Origin: Laetmonice hystrix
Taxonomy: Eukaryota
DNA: 64,000 nt
Direction of reading: 5' to 3'
NCBI GenBank assembly: GCA_965235115.1
Contig: OZ249441.1
Span: 10,168,001-10,232,000 of the forward strand
The notes under the pieces are model-generated. The model searched no databases, was not told where the DNA came from, and saw nothing but the letters and a program-made list of their open reading frames with translations. Each line of letters starts with the position of its first letter. Positions within the stretch are counted from its first letter, which is position 1. Positions 37,881 through 50,748 of this stretch are shown here, piece by piece. The position numbers and the translations under genes are program-made.

Positions 37881-39161
37881 CATACAGAGCAAGGCATAGC
37901 CCTCCCGTGTGTAAAAGATGTGTCCAAAGCTCATTGATCAAGATAAACCAGCACGGTCCTTATGCTTTAAATCGGCATAGAGATGGTTCAAAGTAGGCCT
38001 GCCCTAAGGCAGCTCAACACTTCAAAGTGTCTCCACTACCTGCTGCCAGTGCTGGACAGTCGGACAACTCAGAAATCGACCGGCGGAGCGCTCTATTTTT
38101 ATAGATCCCCTATCAGGGCCTGTGGATCAATCAGGGTCGGGGTTCTGGAGCAGACTGCAATTGGACAAACAATATGTGGCAGTGACTGCCCCAGCTGACC
38201 ACAACTGTCAGGCGCTGACCATGATTGGCCAGGCTCGAAACACAGGCATTGGTGGGGACATACATAGTGCGGGGAGGACAATGTGAATGTCAATGTCTTC
38301 TTCTTTTTTTGAGGAGGGGGGGGGGGCAGTTGAAACAGAACGATAATAAGAATGATAAAATTGAAAACGAATATATTTATTCAACAGCACTGCAGCAAAG
38401 GTGTCTCAAGACATCTGAACAACAGAAATTCACAGAAACACTCAGCTGAAGCCCTTATTCCCCCGCCACCATATCACTGGCCAGATCACCTTTTATTTCC
38501 ATTTTGATCCGTTAGGCCTTTGTGAAGTGAAACGGAACATATCATTTGGGTGTATATAAGATCTAGGTGAAACTTTTGTAAGATCATAATTAAGAGACAT
38601 GAATATAGTATTGAAAACAAATATCACAGCATCCTGCAAGGCCAGATTAGGCCTACAGCCCACCCCACCCCCACCCCCTCCTCTTTCATAACACTATGTA
38701 CAGTAGGCAAACATTCCACGTACCCCCCGCCACTTCAATATTGCGTAGGTATTACATATACCTGGTTCTACATCAGTAGAATACACATATCACAGTTTAT
38801 TTGGGTAGAGTAGCCCTACGTGAAAGGTTTTCATTAATTATAACACATGATTCAAGAGATTTTGCACTACTCAAGACGTCCTGAGAGTGCACTGATCTGA
38901 AGTCTCTTTTCTGGTCTTGCCAGAAAACAAAGTCCTTTATAATTTAACGGGTATCCATATGACTGTAGCAATACATGTACACGATCGATGAGATCGGTAC
39001 TGTGCGATTTTGAGCATGTTGTAATACTTTTGGCCAGTAAGTGTACCTATAACCACATAATTATCAGACAAAATCTGGTCTTACCCCGACATAAAATTAT
39101 CATTTCTGTTTGGCTTGGTAGACCTATAATGCTTCAGTTCTGGGTAGAAATTCGGTTGTAT

Positions 39162-39447
39162 CTATGCTATCGTTTGGAGATGGACGGTTGGCGCTGTGAT
39201 CGGGCCGGTTGCCGGGCCGGTGGTCGCTTGCCGCCGGACCTGGGGCCCGCCACAGTTGGCTCTCACGGCCGGGTGTGACTGAGTGCGGTCGTTGGGAAGA
39301 TCCAGAGTATAGAATCGCTTCCGCTGCATCTTGAGGTCGCCGTCCACCAAGCCACTGTCCACCTCGCCACCACCGCCGGCGGCCGACAGCCGGGACCACT
39401 GCTCGAAGTCGATCTGGGTCCGATTCCCGTCTGGTTTAAATCGTAAC
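39162..39447 (-). CDS. FAM228B: FAM228B-like, last coding exon
   Basis: tttgttgcag|G TTA CGA... Phase matches the 41302 donor (AG|G). RLRFKPDGNRTQIDFEQW...HLQTIA*. Confidence 0.72.
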
Positions 39448-39589
39448 CTGCAACAAACCCAGACAACAATGACATGAGTCCAGTTAGAAAATATAATCAT
39501 GAACCTTTACCCCCTTGATCCCATCACTTCATCAGAAACCAACTCAGAGTTACCGGTGGGTCGCGTGTCAAGTTACTTCTTTATCAATA

Positions 39590-39672
39590 TACAATGTATT
39601 CCTAGATCCAAGTTTATATACAATGTATTCCTAGATCCAAGTTTATATACAATGTATTCCTAGATCCAAGTC
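39590..39672. repeat. 29-bp tandem x3
   Basis: ATACAATGTATTCCTAGATCCAAGTTTAT. Confidence 0.85.
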
Positions 39673-39830
39673 AATTTTATTTAAATGTGTCGATCCCCAA
39701 ATAATTATGCCCGAAATTAGATAACAGTGAACAAAAGTGTAATACAGATCTACTAAAGTTTCTTTGGTAAGAAGGGGCCCCATTTTATTTATAATGCCTA
39801 ACGAGTTTGCTACTTTATTTCCTATAGGCC
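39670..39830 (-). mobile_element. LINE (CR1/L2-clade) reverse-transcriptase C-terminal remnant
   Basis: KVANSLGIINKM...LTKETLVDLYYTFVHCYL.SGIIIWGST resembles the K....IGI..K.....L..LYYS.I.PYL.Y....WGST motif. Confidence 0.7.
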
Positions 39831-41301
39831 TATTATATGAGCTTTCCAGAACAGCAGTGTTAGGTTCAGTTGGCAGCCATCTCAAACCCCGCCTGATATA
39901 TCGTTACACAATTTTCATTCTATGTAAGCTTTAATACAATGCAAAAATAGTTTGAACACATGCAGTATAGAATTATATAAAACATAATTTTATCATTTAT
40001 CAGAGTCATGTAAAGGTCATTCCATGCAAGTGTCATATATCCCCGATTGTGAAAACGATTAACCTACAGAAAAACCTCCCACCAAATAATCTACAGGCGA
40101 CGAAAGGCAAACTTCTTAACATAGGAAAAAGTACGAATGTTACACTAATTCTATAACCCTACGAGCTAGGAGCTGGGTTAAAAACTATAATGCTTTATTA
40201 TAGCAGCATTGTCCTATTTTATGGCTCAGTCACACATTCAGGATTTTTACTGACGTCCTTGATAGGACCATTTCCGATTAAAATATGTCCAAAGTCGGAT
40301 CAAGATCCTGTGATTCGCGGCTGGAAATTTGTAAAAACATTTATTTCATCACGAGTCACGACAACAATCAGATATTGTTAAGGAAGCGTCCCGATTCAGC
40401 CGAATTCGTCCCGATTATCCCGTTCTCAATCCGATTCTGATCCGATTTGTATCTTTCGCATGGTAAAAAAAAAAAAACGACCGAATCTGTCCCGACAGCG
40501 TCCCGATTCCCCCGAATGCGATCCGACAGAGATCAGACAGTGACCAGACAGTGACGGTTCGCATTCGGCACATCCGTAGGACTCTGTTACAAACGTATAC
40601 GACTGCGTTCAGACAATTATAGGACATGCATATCATTGAGGATAGTAATCCGACTTTTTCACTTTTCGTGTCGTAGCGCTGTCTGATCTCAAACGGGAGC
40701 CATAATTGGCACTGTGTGAACGCCGCATAAAGATTCGAACGAATGTTTTGATATAAGTGCAAGAAGGGTCCAATAACGACCCCCTTTTAGAAATGTTAAA
40801 TTATGTTACTAAATGCCAAATTCTTATACAGAAAATGAATGACTGTATTAACAATAGAAAGCTCTATTCTTCAAAGAGATGGCAGATTAAGTTTAAGTTT
40901 TTCGTCAAATTCGCCCTTCTTCCATTTTTTTATTTTTTTTTTACCTATTTCCAGGCACATCTGTAAGACAAAAAGGCGAACTTCATGAAGGTAAGTTATG
41001 TTTCGCAAGCAGCGGCGGAGAGGGTGGATGGGGGGGGGGGGGGGGTTAGATGGCTAGGGTTGATGGGTGATATTACCCGTGAGAACTGAAATCACGGTTC
41101 ATTCAGGAACCTTCTATGCAACCATACACGGTACATCAGGCCTACTATTGCATCGTAGGATCCAAATACAGAATTTTCTCCCCTTGCATCAAAAAATAAT
41201 TTTTTTAAAGGTACTTTAAAAATTAGCTGCTTTTTACGGGATAAGAAACAGTTTCAGAAGGAAGAGTTGTGTAGTTAGCTGCTGAGAGAGTGTGGGCTGA
41301 C

Positions 41302-41528
41302 CTGCTAGCCCGCCTGACGGGGCTCTCAATGTGTCCCATAGGCATGGCGAGCCAGGTCCTGCACTCGGTGCCGTGTCGGCCGAGTGGTACGAGTGGGAGG
41401 CGGGGAAGGCTGAGGTCCCGCAGTTCGCGATCCGTCAGGGTGGCGCCCGTCGAGCAGCGCATCACCAGTCTGTCCTCGTCCGCCCGCTGTCGTTGCTGGG
41501 TGAGTAGCGGGTCCCGCAGGGCCCGGGT
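41302..41528 (-). CDS. FAM228B: FAM228B-like exon
   Basis: ttcagattcag|ACC...AGCAG|GTCAGC. LRDPLLTQQRQRADEDRLVMRCSTG...WLAMPMGHIESPVRR (human FHDPLKKAQ...EKRTLLQCETG...WLKLPTRYIESEFCRR). Confidence 0.88.
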
Positions 41529-41750
41529 CTGAATCTGAAACACCACCATAACTACTGTACATAAAGTAAACCCCACAAGATGAGCGGAGTTTCCCGAGAA
41601 GACCCGGGTCTGAATCTGAAACGTCACCACGACTACTGTACATAAAGTAAACCCCACAAGATGAGCGGAGTTTCCCGGGAAGACCCGGGTCTGAATCTGA
41701 AACGTCACCACGACTACTGTACATAAAGTAAACCCCGCAAGATGAGTGCA
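41522..41750. repeat. 81-bp tandem x3 that copies a FAM228 splice acceptor
   Basis: CGGGTCTGAATCTGAAAC recurs at 41524, 41605, 41686. Confidence 0.92.
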
Positions 41751-41870
41751 GTTTAGGACCTCTGATTGGCAGCTGGTCCCTGTACTGCTCAGCTTCAGCC
41801 AGCCGATGAGAGGCCCTAAGCAGAGTTTAATTTAAGATCTTAATCTCTGAAACCGGGCTCTGGCACTTAC

Positions 41871-41951
41871 CGTGAGCGGAGAGGGACGTGTGGGGTGAAG
41901 CGACATTGCGTAGTACTCATCTGGAGCTATAGTATCCAGGAAGACGTGCCC
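41871..41951 (-). CDS. FAM228B: FAM228B-like exon
   Basis: catctatag|GGG...ACG|GTAAGT. GHVFLDTIAPDEYYAM (human GNAFIEHYDPKEYDPF). Confidence 0.88.
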
Positions 41952-42296
41952 CTATAGATGACAAACACACAAACGTACAAACATTTCAAGACAAGGGCGA
42001 AGGGCGAGGAGTTTCACAGGTTTTAATTTATGCCTAATAAGTATTTGGGAACCTAGAAATTATTTTGCCATAAAAAAAAACGAGGCGGAGCAAGCTCAAC
42101 TCGGCGCCCGGTGGTGGCTGAACCAAATGCGAACCCACCCTTCCGCTCAGCCCTCCCTGTTCCTGCCCCCCACCCAGCCGCCAAGCCCCTGTCCTCGGCC
42201 CACCAATCCCCTGCCCCCGACCTGCCCCAGGCCCTGCCCCAGGCCCGCCAATCCCCCCCCCCCCTATCAAGCCCCTGCCAACCCCTACAGGCTCAC

Positions 42297-42494
42297 CTTG
42301 CGGTTTACGTGTTCCAAGTACTCCTTGTGTTGCTGTTGTTTCCTCCGGCGGAGCTCGTCGTACTCGGGTCCGTGCATCTGCCGGTCGATCTGTCTCCGGA
42401 TCGGTTCCTGCACCCTTTCCGTCCACTGTTTGTGGAGGAGCTCCCTCCGCCGGACAGTCAACATCTGCTCCCGCTCTAACAACGACTCCAGCTC
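42297..42494 (-). CDS. FAM228B: FAM228B-like exon
   Basis: gccccag|GAG...AAG|GTGAGC. ELESLL...RRRELLHKQWTERVQEPI...EYLEHVNRK (human ELDKYL...RRKEMLYKRWVDCVADPL...FLKHVNKK). Confidence 0.92.
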
Positions 42495-42719
42495 CTGGGG
42501 CACACATAGGGAAACGGTTCACTTCATGGCAGTTAAAAAATCTTATTGTTACCAAACAAAATTTCGGGAGGAAAAAGGGGAAATTAAATTGCCACTCTGA
42601 GATTCAAGGGACGTCATGATAACTGCCATTCAGAACAAAGTCTTCAAGTCTTCATGACCCGGATTCTGCTGTTCTTTTTTTCCACAATGTGTTAAACTGT
42701 TTATTGAGTTATTTACAAT

Positions 42720-42910
42720 ACGTTCCACCCACCTTTAGAAAGGTATTTTACTTTTTTTCAGTTATCTATATGTTCCACCCACCTTTACAAAGGTATTTTA
42801 CTGTTTATTCAGTTATCTACAATATGTTTCACCGACCATTACAAATGTATTTTACTGTAATTCAGTTATTTACAATATATTCCACCCACCTTTACAAAGG
42901 TATTTTCTGT
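42720..42910. repeat. ~52-bp degenerate tandem x4 that copies a FAM228 splice donor
   Basis: CCACCCACCTTTACAAAGGTATTTT variants at ~42725, 42775, 42830, 42882. Confidence 0.85.
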
Positions 42911-42967
42911 CTCCAGAACGCCTGTATACAACTGGCGCGTGTTTTTGGCCTCCAAATCGGCATTTTC
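42890..42967 (-). CDS. FAM228B: FAM228B-like exon
   Basis: tttatttattag|GAA...AAG|GTGGGT. ENADLEAKNTRQLYTGVLETENTFVK (human ...QSILYKENSVIK). Confidence 0.85.
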
Positions 42968-43849
42968 CTAATAAATAAAAAAAATTATCACATTTATCGA
43001 GTAACCTAAAATATAAACACAGTAATGCAATGAAGAAAATCGTTATAAACTTAAATCGAATCGTACGTGTGCTTGTTTTTCTTTCTTTCTTTAAAATTAA
43101 TATACTTCCGTCTCAACAGAACTTAACCTTCAAGTTAGCATTCCGGCATAATAAATAATGCCGTTACATAACGGCCCTGCAACCAATAACAGCTATAGCG
43201 CTATATGTTCTGCAAGGTTAGCGTTCACCTCTAACATGATAGCAACATGACTATGGCGGCGGGGCTGGGTGTGCTGTTATCTGAGCTATATAGGATTCAT
43301 TTTCCATTTGATGATAGCATGCATGATCTGAACAGCGGCACGGTAGCAATATACAAAAGAATGCATTGAAACTCCACCATGAAAGAAGCGACTGTTGAAT
43401 TCACAGTGCGGAGGAAGCATGCTGACACACCATTATTAATCACATATGTATGAGCAGTAGCAGTGACCTCCTGAGTACGAGGTTGTGGCAAGAACTTTCT
43501 ATCACATCAATCATTTACCAAGATTCACTTCTCTTCTTTATGATAACGAATCTGACGGAGTTTTTAATCCTCAGGGGTGTATGACGGGTACCCTGTACCT
43601 TCCAGACACCGTAAGTTGACCGTGGCCCCACCAAGGTACACCCCCACCCCCGCGACCCAACTTAGGAGTCGGACTGGAAGCGGGAAGTATTACGTACCAG
43701 ATAAACCGGACCAACATAGTACACCTAAATAAGGCAGGAAACCCCATTAATGTGACATATTTTACACATACCTTTATCAGGGACGGTAATATGCCCGGTT
43801 TCCTGACCTTAACTTTCATTTTCACATTCACACGGAGAGACATGTTTGC

Positions 43850-44180
43850 CTCCCGCTTGAGCTCGGACTGGTTGTGGCAGAGTTTTGTCCCGCCTGAGCT
43901 CGGACTGGCTGTGGCAGAGTTTTGTCCCGCCTGAGCTCGGACTGGCTGTGGCAGAGTTTTGTCCCGCCTGAGCTCGGACTGGCTGTGGCAGAGTTTGGTC
44001 CCGCTTGAGCTCGAACTGGCTGTGGCAGAGTTTTGTCCCGCCTGAGCTCGGACTGGCTGTGGCAGAGTTTTGTCCCACCTGAGCTCGGACTGGCTGTGGC
44101 AGTTTTGTCCCGCCTGAGCTCGGACTGGCTGTGGCAGTTTTGTCCCGCCTGAGCTCGGACTGGCTGTGGCAGAGTTTTAC
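43850..44180. repeat. 37-bp minisatellite (~9 copies)
   Basis: CTGAGCTCGGACTGGCTGTGGCAGAGTTTTGTCCCGC. Confidence 0.93.
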
Positions 44181-45999
44181 TTCCGGGCGCCAAACAAATC
44201 AAGTTGTAGACGGGCTGATCGCCTGAACGTTAATCAGTCTGATGGATTCTCTGATGTTCTCCGAAGTGGGGTTCTAAGTACGGTCACGGAGGTTAATACA
44301 GAGATCTGCTCAGATAACGCAAAACGTGATCACTGCTTACTATCTCAATACTGTAGCTCTGTTGGAGAAACACTGGTTTATAATGTTACTCGGGGCCCTG
44401 ATCCTAAGTCTGATCCAGCCAATAAATGTCATGGCTCCCGAGTTGGGCTGATCCTCACTCTGTGATTTATACCCACTCGGGCCGGTCGCCCCACGACTAG
44501 GACGGAAACATACCTGGTAAAATGACCAAGTAAAAGGTCAACAACACACGGCAAGCACACATTGCCGCCTCCACTGGTTACCGACATCACCGGCTGCCAA
44601 CCGGCTGCGATACGGCACGTTCAAATGTACAGGACTTATAAAGTGGCATCACCCCAAAAATACTGCCACTTAAGTTTATAATCAGGTCAAACTTTAGTCC
44701 CGGTTGGTGAAAACATAGGGCAGGTTCACACTGGCAAATGTTGCCATGCAAGGACATATTTTCTGGTAAGCTAACACGTTTCTTTAGCATACAATGGATT
44801 TCATATATCATGGTCGAATCCAGCGAGAGGGGCACAATCAAAGAACCTCGATACGTACATCGATGTTCTTTGGTACAATTTAGAAAAATATGGCGGCTGG
44901 GGGGGGGGGGGGGGGATCAGGTAGCGGGGTAGGAAAGGCGTGTTGTGGTTATATGCGAGGCGTGGCGCTGAGCAAGGCATGGTCACTAAGTCATTGTATG
45001 AGGGCAGGGAAGGTGTGCTGTAGTGATACAGGCATGGTCACTCAGTGTACATTTGTACCCATTGTCTACCTGAGCGTCGTGCCTGAACTGAAGGTACATG
45101 TATACATATCCTGGTGGACGTGAAGCCCCCATACTACTACCGCAGGACGACGACACCGGCCTCTGGCCCACCTTCAAAAATATCCAGCAATGGTTGTGTG
45201 GTAATCAAGTCTGGATGACCACATCAAATATTCAGAGTTCGTAATGGGTTTTACCGCTGGCCCCGGGAAGGCCCTCATGCATGCATTCAATCAAGGTTAA
45301 GGTCAACCTTACAGAATATTTCTGTCTGTTTAAAAAGACACCTGCCTATCAAAAAGGGCACTTTTTCCAGAAGTTATGGAGGACAACTGACCTCCCTAGG
45401 GTCCTACATTTGAACTTCTTTTCTTTTGTAACTGTGGTCCTTCTAATAGAAAAAAACTACCGGAGTACAGGAACTGAGTTACCTGCGGTAAGTGCTGACA
45501 CGTGTTTTGAGCAAATGTTACTGGTCTGGATGTGCAGGCATGCATAGTAATCTCTACCTTTAAACTTACCACTTACCATGTGACCTAGGCTCAGCTATGG
45601 TTTGAACAGCAATTAATAAAGTGGCAGGTGAAAACCATACTAGAAAAACGGGAACGTCAACATTCAAGATCTTAGCGAGTCTGTTGGTATGTTTTATGCC
45701 ATGTTGGCGACTAAAGACACCCTCACGAGAACTTTGCCCTTTCCATGTAGAACAACTTTGGACCATGATGAGCCATTAAATTGTTTCAATAAGTACAACA
45801 TTCTATCTGTTTTACATAACGCGTTCATATGAAATAATTGAGACATCATTCAGAGTACCATAGCTTGATCAAGAAAGTGTACCGGTAGTTACTGTTACAG
45901 CTTGACTTTCAACTCGTCCCAGCCTACAATATCACTGAGGTCGTGATTTATTTCCAAACGTTAATGTGACAGGGTCTGGTGTGTCCTGTCTCGCCTTAC

Positions 46000-46197
46000 C
46001 TGTACTGTTTTGACCTGTTTTTCATTCAGCCAGTCTTGCAGTCTGAGGGTGTGCCCTATGAGGGTGTGTGGATCCATAGCTGTTGTTCCTCGCCTACCAG
46101 TGACAGGAGACCGATCTTTGTTTGGGTTGGGAGTTGACTGGGGTCGTCTCGTATGATACCGCTGTCGGCGCTCAGCCACTACCTCCTCCGTCAACGC
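46000..46197 (-). CDS. FAM228B: FAM228B-like exon
   Basis: ttgtgtag|GCG...CAG|GTAAGG. ALTEEVVAERRQRY...LQDWLNEKQVKTVQ, phase 0 at both ends. Confidence 0.78.
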
Positions 46198-47336
46198 CTA
46201 CACAAGTCAAACAATACAATATTATACACGATCAACAGTACATCGACCAGGTGGATTATACTCACTGCCTGATATAGCGCCTACTGATGGCTCCTTCTTC
46301 CAAACAGTTAGCTTAGCCATGCATAATTAAAAGGACCACCAGACCTGACCTATGTATAACTAGAAGCACCAACCACCTAGTCCTTGCCCTACTTTAATAT
46401 AGTCATGGGCAAACGGTAACTTCCTGAGCTGTTAACCTAATCGTTTCCCGTTTCATTAGGTAACTGGATAAATGTAAAATCTATTCATGCAGAATCAATT
46501 CCACTAAGGCAGCTTCACAAGTTCACACATGGTCGTCTCTGACGACTGGTTTTACACTTAGACAAGTCTCCCATTGGTTGATTATTTGAATCAAAGAATA
46601 GAATATATAATATTATTTTATATATACAAACCAATGACAACCAACAAAAATACTCATAGTCATTCTAAAGTAAAACTTTACCGTCTAATCATATCATGAC
46701 CAGAACAATGGCTCCGACTTCCTAGGATAAAGTTGCGGACGTCCGCTGTACCAAATTCAGCTCAATTCCCGCCTAGAGAGAGTGACGTGATCACTGAGTG
46801 ACCGATGTGGCCCAAGACATTTCCAACCAAGTTATGAGGGTACGTAGTGGGTTTTGGAAACATGACCGAGTCAAAACGTGTTCTAGGCAAGGCATATTGC
46901 ATGGTAGTAATCGATCCAATCGTAATGGATTCTAAATAATCCTTACAGTTATACTTGCCTTCATACGTTCTCATTACGAGGAGCATTCACATTACCAGTC
47001 TTACCAGCACTGCGTGACTATGGATAATCCAGGTCTTTATCTGGGCACCCTCCTGTGAACCTAACCCCTGTCCCAGTATACACCTACATGCTGTTAGTTA
47101 CAACAATTCTAACAAATGTCAATAACTTTAACCTGTAGATATACTGGACTAACTTCGCCAGCCTTTAGTCCATACCAGGAGGTTTGGTGGATCACAACGG
47201 CGACCACTCAAACTCTACCGACAAATCGGGAAATGATTAGCACGTCCTATTTATATTGAAATTTGAAAAATATCGAACTTTACATGATTATCTGACCTCC
47301 TAATACTTTGTCGTGAGGTTGAAAAATTTTATCAGC

Positions 47337-47372
47337 ATGACCGACAATGTGGACGGCGACGATTCCGTGCAG
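47337..47372 (+). CDS. Small ATG exon MTDNVDGDDSVQ, possibly an upstream alternative exon of PFN4
   Basis: ttttatcag|C ATG...CAG|GTAAGA. Phase 0, in frame with the PFN4 acceptor exon at 55407 (GAT ATC GTC AAG ATG). Confidence 0.3.
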
Positions 47373-48627
47373 GTAAGAGTTCTTGCACACTGAGACCCTA
47401 CTCCTGTCCTACATGTCCTACAGGTAAGAGTTCTGGCACACTGACACCCTACTCCTGTCCTACATGTCCTACAGGTAAGAGTTCTTGCACACTGAGACCC
47501 TACTCCTGTCCTACATGTCCTACAGGTAAGAGTTCTGGCACACTGACACCCTACTCCTGTCCTACAGGTAAGAGTTCTGGCACACTGAGACCCTACTCCT
47601 GTCCGACATGTCCTACAGGTAAGAGTTCTGGCACACTGACAGCCTACTCCTGTCCTACATGTCCTACAGGTAAGAGTTCTGGCACACTGACAGCCTACTC
47701 CTGTCCTACATGTCCTACAGGTAAGAGTTCTGGCACACTGACACCCTACTCCTGTCCTACATGTCCTTCAGGTAAGAGTTCTGGCACACTGACACCCTAC
47801 TCCTGTCCTACAGGTAAGAGTTCTGGCACACTGAGACCCTACTCCTGTCCTACATGTCCTACAGGTAAGAGTTCTGGCACACTGACACCCTACTCCTGTC
47901 CTACATGTCCTACAGGTAAGAGTTCTGGCACACTGACACCCTACTCCTGTCCTACATGTCCTACAGGTAAGAGTTCTGGCACACTGACACCCTACTCCTG
48001 TCCTACATGTCCTACAGGTAAGAGTTCTGGCACACTGACACCCTACTCCTGTCCTACATGTCCTACAGGTAAGAGTTCTGGCACACTGACACCCTACTCC
48101 TGTCCTACATGTCCTTCAGGTAAGAGTTCTGGCACACTGACACCCTACTCCTGTCCTACAGGTAAGAGTTCTGGCACACTGACACCCTACTCCTGTCCTA
48201 CAGGTAAGAGTTCTGGCACACTGACACCCTACTCCTGTCCTACAGGTAAGAGTTCTGGCACACTGACACCCTACTCCTGTCCTACAGGTAAGAGTTCTGG
48301 CACACTGACACCCTACTCCTGTCCTACAGGTAAGAGTTCTGGCACACTGACACCCTACTCCTGTCCTACATGTCCTACAGGTAAGAGTTCTGGCACACTG
48401 ACACCCTACTCCTGTCCTACATGTCCTACAGGTAAGAGTTCTGGCACACTGACACCCTACTCCTGTCCTACATGTCCTACAGGTAAGAGTTCTGGCACAC
48501 TGACACCCTACTCCTGTCCTACATGTCCTTCAGGTAAGAGTTCTGGCACACTGACACCCTACTCCTGTCCTACATGTCCTTCAGGTAAGAGTTCTGGCAC
48601 ACTGACACCCTACTCCTGTCCTACATA
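47373..48627 (+). repeat. 51/42-bp minisatellite, 26 copies each starting CAG|GTAAGA
   Basis: GTAAGAGTTCTGGCACACTGACACCCTACTCCTGTCCTA(CATGTCCTA)CAG. Confidence 0.96.
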
Positions 48628-49777
48628 TCCATAATTTACATTCAGGAGTTTTCATATTCCGTAGTATTCATCATTCTCCGATGATCCACCATAGTAGAGT
48701 ATAAAAATATTAACTAAGATGACATTTAGATAAACGTTACTCATACAAACACTTCAAAACAAATCAACTACCCCCCCCCCCCCCCCCATCCCCCATCTAC
48801 ATTAGTGTACCCACTAAACAATAATCTGCCTGACCTGAGGCTGACTGTGTCTCCTAAAAGATGGTGGAGAAAATGTTGTCACGTCTGAAGACTGAAGTTA
48901 GTGGTCCCTTTACTTCACCAAATGTAGTCAAAGGAGTTCTAAACCACCGAGCATGAAGTGTACTAGTATTACGTTGATCAGAGTTACATCTTATACCAAC
49001 ACAACAATCAGCAGCCAGTCACAGAGAACCAATCCACCGATTTATAATAACGGCCAGGACTCAGTTTGTGATTAGGTTCAGCCTAAGAACGCCTGGATGA
49101 ACTCCATAATTACGGCTCGTGTTCCCACTTCCCGGGATCTGCTGTGAGTAGTGCGTTTAGTTGATTAAATGATCTGGTAAGGCTGGCCTGCAGTGCTCGC
49201 TGATTACAACACAGTGCATTTCCTAATCCTTCGGTACAGATAACATGTTCCAAACCTGCGCAGGCCTCCTGTATTGACCACTGAGCCCTGTATAAGGGAG
49301 CGTTTCATCTTGAGCTCCCAAACCGAGGAACAAACAGTGCGACACGGTATCCTTCAACACAAACCGGTAGGCTAGGCTTTTCTTTTTCTTTTTCTTATGG
49401 GGGGGGGGGATATTAATATATAGGTCTATAATCTTTCTTAGTTCTGGTGCCTTTCCCATAAGATTGGTGGAATTTGCTCATCGATATTTTAGTACGTATT
49501 CTAAGATTTCCCATGCCCATACTGGCCATGGGCGCATCTATAGGATTGGAAGTTGCATGGTGGTCTATATTAATAGAAAATTTGTCAAACAGACATGACA
49601 CAGTCCTACTGTTTCTAAGGTACTTTCATGCTGCACCCCCTCAATAACAATAGTCAATTCACCGACCATCACCCTCACTGAGAGAGAAAAAATGACACTA
49701 TCCTGCCCAATCTCTCCGTCTGATCAATATTATCAGCCGGGATTCTTACTAGTCCTCACTGCACCATGTGCATACCG

Positions 49778-50748
49778 CAGGGCCGTAGTCTGGCCCAAAT
49801 ACTGAACTCGGGGGGGGGGGGGGGGGGAGTGTCTCTTGAACAAGTAGGGGCCTACCAAATACCAGGTGTCAATTCTAGTGTCAATGTTGGGGATCCAGGG
49901 GTGCGTTCCTCATCTGTCATGTTTTTTAACCCTTTAATTGGCAACATGCCTTTGCTTGGAAGAAAAAATCCATAAACTCAACAAACGGTGTGGATATGCA
50001 ATGGAAAAACAAAAGTACACTCAAATTGGGGGGGGGGGGGGCTGACCTAATTTTTGAAAATAGAGGTTGTAGCCATTTGGCTACATTGCCAAGTACAGGT
50101 ATCCATTTTGAGTCTGGAAAACAATACAACATGCATATAACTGTGACTCAACTCTTTATTTCTATGATCAGATCTCTTCTATAATACTAATAATACTAAT
50201 ACTAATAAACTTTACACAAACTTTACAAATTCAAACTATATAATAGGCCTAACAGATGATATGAACTGATTATGCACTTGGCAATGTAGCCATTTGGCTA
50301 CATAATATATATATCATTGAACTACGATTATCATAACCTATTCCACATATTATTACCTATTTCATTACTTTCTATGTCTATTACTCTAAACAAATACAAA
50401 GATCATTTTATTTCAGCACTCGTTGGAATATAGAAATATCTTGAAAAAAAGGTACTCAGTTTGTGCCGGCTTTCTAGATGGTGACGGCCATGACATGTCC
50501 TCGGGATGATCGTAATATTGCGCATTGCTGCTAGATGGCAGTATTGTACCTTAGAACCACCATGGTGGTTACTTTGTGAATTAAATGTCAACTGACATCT
50601 GGGACTTATTATTTCGTGCCAGGGGGCGTTTGAAGTGTATGTAGCCATATGGCAACAAGGCAATTAAAGGGTTAAAACTAGAAATCCCAGGGGAGGCAGC
50701 CCCCCCCCTACTACCCCCCCCCCCCCCCCCCCCCAGCCTACGACCCTG
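49778..50748. mobile_element. CAGGG-type MITE interrupted by a nested insertion
   Basis: CAGGGCCGTAGTCTGG / CCAGCCTACGACCCTG termini (14/16). About 225 bp once the inner element is removed. No TSD recognised. Confidence 0.55.
49930..50671. mobile_element. piggyBac-like non-autonomous element (742 bp)
   Basis: TTAA|CCCTTTAATTG...CAATTAAAGGG|TTAA. Internal inverted GTAGCCATTTGGCTACA motifs. Confidence 0.8.

Noticed and set aside
47337-47372. MTDNVDGDDSVQ resembles the start of human FAM228B (MKNVDSDDLV, from memory)
   Set aside because: It lies on the opposite strand to the FAM228 exons and is a short, low-complexity match. Treated as coincidence.
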